Shown here: positions 10,827-19,453 of the stretch, piece after piece
How positions within the stretch are numbered: position 1 is the first letter of the stretch
Layout: each line of letters begins with the position of its first letter
Source of the DNA: Azolla caroliniana
Taxonomy: Eukaryota; Plantae; Polypodiophyta
NCBI GenBank assembly: GCA_043228905.1
Contig: JBHGNT010000604.1
Location: 1-19,453 of the forward strand
Reading direction: 5' to 3'
DNA: 19,453 bases
The notes under the pieces: model-generated
Seen by the model: only the letters and a program-made list of their open reading frames with translations
Told to the model about the DNA's origin: nothing
The model's database searches: none
Made by a program: the position numbers and the translations under genes

Positions 10827-10871
10827 TTCCCCCTTCTACTCGTTGATTCCCTACGTTCGTACCTCCTCTCC

Positions 10872-10935
<64 letters not shown>
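10661..10935. repeat. Compound (TC)n/(CA)n microsatellite with a duplicated 45-bp cassette
   Basis: Dinucleotide runs; 10696-10740 and 10825-10869 differ at 3 positions. Confidence 0.95.
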
Positions 10936-10936
<1 letters not shown>

Positions 10937-10937
10937 G

Positions 10938-12946
10938 ATGATCATATATAATGGCTTAGCCAAGTGGTCGGGCTCGGAAGTGCTCACATGTTTCCCACAT
11001 GGAGGAGGGGAAAGCACAGTTGATTACCTAATAGGACGCCTTGAATTACGGGTGGCCCCATGCCCCATTGGTGTAGACCATAGCTTCCTATACTTTGAGC
11101 TAAAATGCGACACCTCCCACGCCATCAACTCTAGTCAACCAAACCATCACACCATAATACATTTCACGCATGAGCTCCCTAACACCTACTCTAGATATGT
11201 TCAAGCCCATCTCTCCTCTTTTGATTCTTCCTTGCCTTTAGAGAACCTGACTACAGAACTCGCACACACCCTTCACTCGGCAACAATTAGTAGCTTCCCA
11301 TCCACGAAACACTCCAATCATAGTAGAATAGGGTCTATGCCACAAAACAAGTGGTATGACGAGGATTGTAAAGAGTTGTATAGACAACTTAAAGTGTCGC
11401 GACTTAGTGGTACTATTTCCTCAGTACAGGCTCGAAAAGAGATGCGCAAGATGACACGTCGTAAAAGACGAGCTTGGGACGTATCCCAATATTTGGAACT
11501 CTACCATATGCTCATGAGTAGGGATTGTGCCCTTACATGGAAGAGACTACGGGAACCGCGACCACAAGCACCCATCAAGGATCCCAATATTTGGCAAACA
11601 TATATCGAGAGACTCTACCATGTCCCAAACCAACCACCCCTCCCAATGCCTTCCACACCCCGACCTAACATGGGGACACTTTTCACGACCTCTAGGGTCA
11701 CGAAGGCCATAAAAAAATTACAACATAGGAAATCCATGGACCACACAGGATTGCAAGCCGAGCACATCATATATGCTCGAGAGTGCCTAGCCCCCCCTCG
11801 CTGAGGGTTTTCCACCACAATGGACCATGAACACAGTGGCCCCTATACATAAAGAAGGGGACTCAATGGACCCAAATACATATAGGACCATTATGATAGG
11901 CCATACACTCGCTAAATTATATGGTGCGGTAATGGAAGCGGAGCTTAGCGATTATATGGAAACATTAAGTCTTCGAGGACCTGAGCAGGCTGGCTTTAGA
12001 CGAGCATTCTCTACTATTGACCATATCTTCACACTTAGGTGCTGAACTGACCAGACGAAGGCTCGTAAGAAGAAACTATATTGTTGCTTTGTGGATTTCC
12101 GCAAAGCCTTTGACATAGTTCCTAGGGAGAAGTTGTTTGATAGACTTAAGAGCTTGGTGATACCAAATGACATGATCTGGGCCATTTATGCTCTATATGA
12201 GCAAGTCTCTGGGTGCGTAAGATGCCCAGGTGGCCTATCCGATTGTTTCACTACCACCATTGGTGTAAAACAAGGTTGCCCCCTATCACCGACTCTTTTT
12301 GGGATCTACATTGATGAGATCACTGATTTTATTGCTCGTAAGGGAGGCAAGGGAGTAGCGATTGGGGATACGCAAGTTAGTCTCTTACTCTACACAGACG
12401 ACATTGTCTTGCTCTCGGAGTCTGAACACGACCTACAAAAGCATCTTAATGCCCTAGATGACTTTTGTACACAACGAGGAGTGGTAGTGAATCTAGAAAA
12501 AACTAAAGTCCTTATCTTTCATACATCGTTCCGAGTTAGGAGTAAATGTCATCTAATCCTCTCTCATAAACTAGTTGAGGTAGTTGGATCATATGTATAC
12601 TTGGGAGTCACTTTTAGTGCTCGCTCAGGTAAATTGCCGATGACCCAGGCAGCCAAAGATAGGCTAACGAGAGGGTATGCATCCCTCTCACTCTTAGAGA
12701 GACAATGTCACCAGACATACTTTCAAGAGCCACGGACTAAGGGATGGCTCTTCGACTCATTACCAACCCCTTCCCTCATGTATGCATCAGTAGTATGGGC
12801 TCCAGGTCTACCATCTTTCATGTGGATGCAATTAGAGAGACCTTTGGTGACGATGTTATCACGTCAACTCCGAAGCAAATCGACAAATAACACATGACAT
12901 TATTAGAGTAGAGTTCAGTCTGCCCCCGATGTTAGTAGAAGCACTG
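10938..12946 (+). mobile_element. Non-LTR retrotransposon (RTE/RTEX-like LINE), 5' truncated and degenerate: endonuclease end and reverse transcriptase
   Basis: STVDYL...DH (APE C-terminus); RT motifs QAGFRR, DFRKAFD, GVKQGCPLSPTLF, LLYTDD, YVYLG. Deletion/frameshift at ~11795, TGA at 12043, frameshift at ~12885. Interrupted by an LTR. Clade assignment is tentative. Confidence 0.93.
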
Positions 12947-13234
12947 TGTGAATATAAACGTACAGAAGTGTTAGACAGACCCGGCTCAGCCAGATAACAA
13001 CAGAGAATAAGATGAAGGTTTAATGGAGAAGCTTAATACACAGAGAATACGCGTGGGAGAGAGAGGGAGGGAGAGAGAGAGCGCAGAACATAAACTCACT
13101 TCGAAATATCACTCTGAAAACTCTATGTACATACAACGTGCTAAACAACACTATTTATACAAGTCCATAAAGTACTGACAGGTACTTCAATATTCCTAGG
13201 TGCGACTGCCACTAACTATGAGACAATGATTACC
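12947..13234 (-). mobile_element. 3' LTR of outer copia element, part left of the nested insertion
   Basis: TG start where LINE homology stops (12945-12947). TATAAATAG on minus strand at 13151-13159. Joined to 18668-18782 through the TTACC duplication. Confidence 0.75.
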
Positions 13235-13236
13235 TT

Positions 13237-13906
13237 TGTTGGGAATCGACGCTTCGATTCACCTTCACCACTCGGCCACAACCGAGGAAGCGCGAATCAA
13301 TGCAGCAGAAAATAGCAAACACGGAGAAAGACACGAATACACAGGGATTAACGTGGAAAACCCTAGACGGGAAAAACCACGGGAGTGCAAGACTCCAACT
13401 ATCACTATACGCTGGGAAATATATAATGGCGAGCTGCAAGGCGACGACCTTGAGCTCGCTATCCTCGCCACAGGCGGCGGTATTACACAGAGGCGTCGAC
13501 CTCTTCCTCCACTCTCTCCCTCTCGGCTGCTCTCACTTCGCTCCCTCTAGGTGAAAACAGAAAAATGAGCAACAACATTTAAACTGTTTGCCCTAAGTCA
13601 TATTTATACACATATGACTTTCGGGCTATTTACAAATATAGCCTCAAGGGCTCTTGGCAAACATATTCACAAATATGTCCCCGCATCCGGATCTCTCTCC
13701 GGGTACATTCGTCATCCGGCTCCGTAGTCGGAGTCTTCAGCATCCGGCTCCGTAACCGGAGTCTTCATCATCCGGCTCCGTAACCGGGGTCTTCATCATC
13801 CGGTTCCGTAACCAGGGTCTTCATCATCCGGCTCCGTAACCGGGGTCTTCATCATCCGATTCCCGGATATCCGACCATCCCATCCGGAGGGACCGTAATC
13901 CCAACA
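13237..13906 (-). repeat. 3' LTR of young copia
   Basis: TGTTGGGA...TCCCAACA; 666/670 identical to 17998-18667. Confidence 0.98.
13713..13852. repeat. Five 28-bp tandem repeats in U3 of 3' LTR
   Basis: Consensus CATCCGGCTCCGTAACCGGGGTCTTCAT. Confidence 0.95.
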
Positions 13907-13908
13907 AA

Positions 13909-13918
13909 CTCCCCCTTC
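13909..13918 (-). other. Polypurine tract of young copia
   Basis: GAAGGGGGAG on minus strand, 2 nt before the 3' LTR, overlapping the pol stop. Confidence 0.92.
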
Positions 13919-16900
13919 ACTTCGGCATGGGATGTCTCTCCAATCCGATCCTTTTCCGGCATGCTTCCAGCTTGTCGGGTGTGAGTACCTTGGTCAGCAT
14001 ATCCGACCCGTTCTCATCCGTGTGGATCTTCGTCAGCATGAACTCCTTGTCTTCTATCCTTTCCCGGATCCAGTGGTATCTACGCTGGATGTGCTTCGTC
14101 CGGGAGTGATAGGCCGCATTCTTCGCAAGGTGGATGGCACTCTGACTGTCGCAGTAGAGTCGGTACTCCTCCTGCCGGATACCGAGCTCTCTAATGAAGT
14201 CCTTCATCCATATTATTTCCTTGCCGGCTTCAACAGCCGCCATGTACTCCGCCTCCGTGGTTGACAACGCAACCGTCTTCTGCAGCCTCGACTGCCACGA
14301 AACAGCTCCCCCTGCATACGTCATCACATACCCTGATGTGGACCGGCTGGTATCTGCATCAGCCGACATATCCGAATCGGTAAAGCCGTCGAGTTCGGGC
14401 TTTCCGGAGCCGAATCGGAGGCACACGTTTGCCGTGCCCTTCAGGTATCGGAGTATCCACTTGACCGCGTTCCAGTGCTCTTTTCCAGGATTGCTCATGT
14501 ACCGGCTCACCACTCCGACTGCATATCCTATGTCCGGTCTCGTACACACCATGGCGTACATCAAGCTCCTGACGGCTGAGGCATACGGCACTTTCATCAT
14601 ATCCTCCTTTTCAGCCTTTGTCTTGGGACTTTGCTTGTTGGATAGCTTGCAGTTTGCCGGGAGAGTCGACCCGACTGGTCTTGCTTCCGACATGTTGAAC
14701 CGGTGAAGCACCTTTGTCACGTACTTCTCCTGTGACAGCCACAACTGCTTCTTCTTCCGGTCCCGGATGATGTGCATCCCTAGTATTTGCCTCGCCGGAC
14801 CCAGGTCCTTCATTGAGAAGGTTCGGTGAAGAGCCTTCTTCAGCATCTGTATCTTGACCTGGTCCCGTCCGACGATCAACATGTCGTCCACGTACAGGAG
14901 GAGTATTAGAAAGTCTCCTCCTTCGAACTTCTTCACAAACACGCAGTGGTCGGACTGCGTTTTGAGGTACCCTTCGTTGGTCATGAAGGAGTCGAACTTC
15001 CGGTACCATTGCCGGGGAGCCTGCTTCAGTCCGTAAAGGCTCTTCTTCAACCGGCATACCAGGTGCTCCTTCCCTTTCTTCTCGAATCCTTCCGGTTGCT
15101 GCATGTAGATCTCTTCTTCGAGGTCACCGTGAAGGAATGCCGTCTTCACGTCCATCTGTTCTACCTCGAGGTCCATGCTTGCCGCTATACTCAGCACCGT
15201 CCGGATGGAGGTCATCTTCACTACCGGGGCAAATATCTCGTCGAAGTCGACGCCCTTCTTCTGCTGAAACCCCTTTACCACGATCCTGGCTTTGTATCTC
15301 GGGGGGTTTCCGGCATCTCCCGGTTTCAGCTTGAACACCCACTTGTTTCGAAGTGCCCGCTTTCCTTTCGGCAACTCCACAAGTTCATATGTGTGGTTCT
15401 CATGCAGGGAATCCATCTCGTCCTGCATGGCACTCAACCACCTGCGGCTCTGGGTGTCATGCTTTGCTTCTTCAAAGCTCTCCGGCTCCCCCTCGTCGGT
15501 TAGCAGCACGTGCTCTGGTTCCGGAAATCTCCGGGGGGCCCTTCTCTCTCTTAGAGGATATCTCCGTTCCGGGGCTTCGGTAACCGGTTCTTCCGTTTCT
15601 TCTTCATCCGAATCCATTTCGGGATCGGGGCCGGTTCCGGTATCATTTTCATCTTCTTCGGCCGGTTCTGTTTCTTCACCGTCTTCGGCCGGATCCTCGA
15701 GTGCTAACCGGTCCCTTGCCGGTCGGGACTGCTCCTCGTAGAGTTGATCCTCACCGGTCGACTTGGAGCTCTTCATCTTCTTCTCCGACTCCCAGTCGGC
15801 GAGTGTCTTGTTCTCCATGAAGATGATATCACGACTCCGGAATATCTTCTTGTCGACCGGGTCCCATACTCGGTAGCCGAACTCGTCATCGCCGTAACCG
15901 AGGAATATGCATGGCCGGGTCTTTGGATCTAGCTTTCCTCTCCGGTCCTTTGCCACATGCACGTATGCGAGACACCCGAACACCTTCAGATGCCGATAGG
16001 ATACTTCCCTACCGGTCCACACTCTCTGCGGCGTGTCTCCGTCCAAAGGTACTGAGGGTGATCTGTTTATCACGTATGTCGCCGTCGACATCGCCTCAGC
16101 CCAAAACCCCTTGGGTAATTCCGCATGCGCCAGCATACTCCGGACCCTCTCCATTATGGTCCGGTTCATCCTCTCGGCCAGCCCGTTCAGTTCCGGCGTC
16201 TTCGGCACAGTAAACTCGAGCCGGATTCCCTTCGAGCGACAGTACTCCGCGAACTGCCCCCGGTATTCCCCTCCGTTATCCGCTCGTATCGCTTTCAGCT
16301 TCTTGCCGGATTCCCTTTCCACTCTCGCGTGGAGTTATTTGAAGACGCACAACACTTGGTCCTTTGTCTTCAACGGTGCCGTCCACAGCTTCCGGCTGTG
16401 ATCATCAATGAATGTTACGAAGTACTGGGCTCCGCCATGTGACTTCGTTTCTACCTGACACACATCAGTGTGCACCAACTCCAATGGTGCGCTACGTCTC
16501 GTCGGTGGCCTTGAGTGGAAGGAGGTTCGGTTCTGCTTACCGGCCAGGCAATCGGTGCACTTCTCCAGGTGCACGTGCTTCACTGGAATAAGGTTGTCTT
16601 CTGCAAGCCTCTTCATCCCCTTCTCACTCATGTGGCACAGTCTTTTGTGCCACAGCTCACCGGCAGTGTCGGCTGCCACATTCAGCTCTTCCGGACATAA
16701 CCGGGCATTCATCAGGTACAGTGTGTTGACTTTCCGGGCCCGAGCCACTATCAGGCTCCCCTTGCTGAACTTCATTACGCCGTTCCGGATGCTACCTGTG
16801 TAGCCTTCATCGTCTAGCCTCCCGGCCGAAATCAGGTTCAATCGAACCTCCGGAACGTGTCGGACATCCTTCAGCAGCATTTTGCATCCAATCGAGGTTG

Positions 16901-17967
16901 GCAATCCGGCACGTACCTTCATTTCCCATCCGAACACAGCCATGTTCACCGGCTGTGTAGGATGAGAAGTATCTTCTTTCCGGGGTCAGGTGGAACGACG
17001 CTCCGGAATCGACCACCCAGGTCGTCTCATCGCCGGCAATGTTTAGTTCACCTTCTTCGGTGATGAGCATGATTTCTTCCTCACTTGCCACGAGTGCCGT
17101 CGTTCCTTTCCTGTCCTGCCCTCGCCAATCCGGACCTCTCCAGTCCGTGGCTCCCCGATATGCACCGTTTCTCTCCGGTGACTTCTTCGAATCGGTGTCG
17201 TCGGCTCCGTTGTCCTTTCGGTAATGCCGATAATTCTTCCGGAAGTGCCCCGGCTTCCCACAGTGGAAGCATGTGGGTCTTCCTCTTGACTGCGACCGGG
17301 TCCCCGACTTCTCCCGTCTTTGCGGACTCTGGTTCCATTGTCTTCCCCGTTCCGATTCGGTAAGCAGCGCCTTCGAGTCGGAGGCCGGTTCTTTATCTCT
17401 CCGACGCGCTTCTTCGTTCAAAATACTTGTCTTTACCGTTTGTAGGGACAAGTTATCTTCGGTGCAGGAGGTGCTGAGAGTCACCACCAGGTTCTCCCAG
17501 CTTTCCGGCAATGTACACATCAGGATGATGGCTTGCATTGCATCCTCCAACGGGAACTTGATCGCCGCAAGCTGGTTCACGAATCCCATGAACGTGCTTA
17601 CGTGTTCCACCATACTCTCGCCGTCCCGGTACTTGAGGTTCACTATCTTCCTCATCAGGGAGGTCCGGTTCAGCGCATTCTTCCTCTCGTAGAGGCCCGA
17701 CAGCTTCCGCCACATCTCATATGCGTTGGTGTCGTTCGCCACATGTTGTAGAACGCTCACGTCGACGTATTGCCGAATGGTTGCAACGGCTTTCCGGTTC
17801 AGAAGCCTCCATTCCGACTCAAGTACCCCCTTCGGTATTTCCGACCTGTCAATCGGTTCGTACAGGTCCCGAACAATCAGAAGATCCTCCATCTTGATCT
17901 TCCAGTCGGCGTAATTCTGCGCATTCAGCACCATCATCCCCGGCTGCCCGCTGCCGCCGCCTTCCAT
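13917..17967 (-). pseudogene. gag-pol: Copia gag-pol polyprotein, disrupted by one frameshift (16899/16900) and one in-frame TAA (16337-16335)
   Basis: ATG at 17967. Gag WKIKMEDLL; knuckle CFHCGKPGHFRKNY; protease VDSGAS; integrase WHKRLCH..CTDC, HTDV, RADNGGEY, NGLAER; RT LYVDD; RNase H TDSD, EAEY, CDSQSA, SDMLTK. Confidence 0.96.
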
Positions 17968-17982
17968 TTTCTGCAGCAGCTC

Positions 17983-17994
17983 GCTCTGATACCA
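17983..17994 (-). other. Primer-binding site complementary to initiator tRNA-Met 3' end
   Basis: TGGTATCAGAGC on minus strand, 3 nt (AAC) after the 5' LTR. Confidence 0.96.
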
Positions 17995-17997
17995 GTT

Positions 17998-18667
17998 TGT
18001 TGGGAATCGACGCTTCGATTCACCTTCACCACTCGGCCACAACCGAGGAAGCGCGAATCAATGCAACAGAAAATAGCAAACACGGAGAAAGACACGAATA
18101 CACAGGGATTAACGTGGAAAACCCTAGACGGGAAAAACCACGGGAGTGCAAGACTCCAACTATCACTATACGCTGGGAAATATATAATGGCGAGCTGCAA
18201 GGCGACGACCTTGAGCTCGCTATCCTCGCCACAGGCGGCGGTATTACACAGAGGCGTCGACCTCTTCCTCCACTCTCTCCCTCTCGGCTGCTCTCACTTC
18301 GCTCCCTCTAGGTGAAAACAGAAAAATGAGCAACAACATTTAAACTGTTTGCCCTAAGTCATATTTATACACATATGACTTTCGGGCTATTTACAAATAT
18401 AGCCTCAAGGGCTCTTGGCAAACATATTCACAAATATGTCCCCGCATCCGGATCTCTCTCCGGGTACATTCGTCATCCGGCTCCGTAGTCGGAGTCTTCA
18501 GCATCCGGCTCCGTAACCGGAGTCTTCATCATCCGGCTCCGTAACCGGGGTCTTCATCATCCGGTTCCGTAACCGGGGTCTTCATCATCTGGCTCCGTAA
18601 CCGGGGTCTTCATCATCCGATTCCCGGATATCCGACCATCCCATCCAGAGGGACCGTAATCCCAACA
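17998..18667 (-). repeat. 5' LTR of young copia
   Basis: TG...CA ends, adjacent to PBS, carries the same 5 x 28-bp array (18474-18613). Confidence 0.98.
18362..18369 (-). promoter_or_regulatory. Putative TATA box of 5' LTR (copy at 13601-13608)
   Basis: TATAAATA on minus strand, downstream of the U3 repeats. Confidence 0.7.
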
Positions 18668-18782
18668 TTACCTAGTAGTCTAGGCTACTACTAGGCTTCC
18701 GGTTCTCGCTCGAATCCGTCTCCCCGATCCGGCTGAGGCTTCTTCAACCGATCTGGATCTGGTTGAGCTTGCTTGCTCAACA
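18668..18782 (-). mobile_element. 3' LTR of outer copia element, part right of the nested insertion
   Basis: Ends GCTCAACA directly beside PPT CTTGAGGGGGAG (18783-18794, minus strand). Confidence 0.8.
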
Positions 18783-19453
18783 CTCCCCCTCAAGCTCAAC
18801 TTGAGGTCGGATCGTAGTGTTAGAGTTCGTGGTAGTCGGCTCTTCTACTCGGCTCCTTTTGGTGTTGCTCCGCCTTGCTCGCGCTCCTCGTTCGGTCCAG
18901 TCCCGTTTTCCGCGACCCTTCTAGTTCTGCGCACCTCGACCTCCTTGGTCGGCTTGTCTGCTCAATAGGCTCATTTCAGCTCCCTTGCTGTTGCGACTCC
19001 GGCGCTTGTCGACCTGTCGGTTCCTCCATGTTGGCGTCGACTTCCGCTACGTCCATGTCCGCTTGGCCTTTAGTTGATCCGGCTCCTTTGAATCGAACTG
19101 TTGAAGCGAATCGGTTGTCTCCGATTCGTTCCCGCTCTTGTCCGAGTCGGGGTTCTCCAACTCGTCTTCCGGTTTCATGCCCTTCACCACATCAGACCAT
19201 GTCCGGGTCTTGGCCTTCTCATTCCGGTCGGCTTTGTCCTTCTTGACTCTACCGCCGCTGCCACTCATTCCGACTTGTTCGGATGTGCCGACTTCCTTCG
19301 TCGACTCGGCTTCCTTGTTCCTCTTGTCTCCCCCTTTGTTGGTTATTTCTTCCTCTCCGGCTCCTTGTCCGGTGCCATCCATTCCCTTTCCTTGTCTCCC
19401 CCTCAAGTGCGGCATGTCAAGATGGTGAACACCAAGCATTTCGGTGAAATGTT
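18783..19453 (-). mobile_element. 3' internal region of outer copia: probable RNase H terminus, long charged extension and PPT; runs off the window
   Basis: Frame HFTEMLGVHHLDMPHLRG resembles copia pol ends and continues to TAG at 19049-19047. PPT lies next to the LTR. Confidence 0.7.

Larger units (their letters stand above)
13237..18667 (-). mobile_element. Structurally complete young Ty1/copia LTR retrotransposon (Tnt1/Tork-like), 5431 bp
   Basis: Two 670-bp LTRs, tRNA-iMet PBS, PPT, domain order GAG-PR-IN-RT-RH, TTACC target duplication. Confidence 0.98.

Noticed and set aside
10754-11017. RE/CV-repeat ORF
   Set aside because: Translation of dinucleotide microsatellites.
13713-13852. 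28-bp repeats as a CRISPR array
   Set aside because: Head-to-tail with no unique spacers, present in both LTRs, no cas genes.
15569-15611. Resemblance of the IN-RT linker DNA to the U3 28-bp repeat
   Set aside because: Short, gapped match in an element that is CCGG-rich throughout; composition can explain it.
13927-18315. Antisense and alternate-frame ORFs over the young copia
   Set aside because: Expected shadows of GC-rich gag-pol and LTR sequence; no domain signal.

Overview
Eukaryotic (plant-like) genomic DNA; the element types suggest a non-seed plant such as a fern, but that is inference. The left quarter holds a disrupted, intron-containing minus-strand gene (1535-4819). It encodes two tandem six-bladed beta-propellers with fucose-lectin-like repeats, each preceded by a short non-propeller domain, and its 5' end is cut off by a LINE fragment. 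The rest is a nested retroelement cluster, in order: a minus-strand LINE fragment with an internal 80-bp inversion; a 368-bp solo LTR without a TSD; an old degenerate plus-strand Ty1/copia split by a 1.48-kb solo-LTR-like insertion carrying a CCGGTT minisatellite; a compound (TC)/(CA) microsatellite; a plus-strand RTE-like LINE; and the 3' LTR of an outer copia. A young, structurally complete Tnt1-like copia (13237-18667, 670-bp LTRs with 4 mismatches) has inserted into that LTR. No rRNA, tRNA or CRISPR features were seen.
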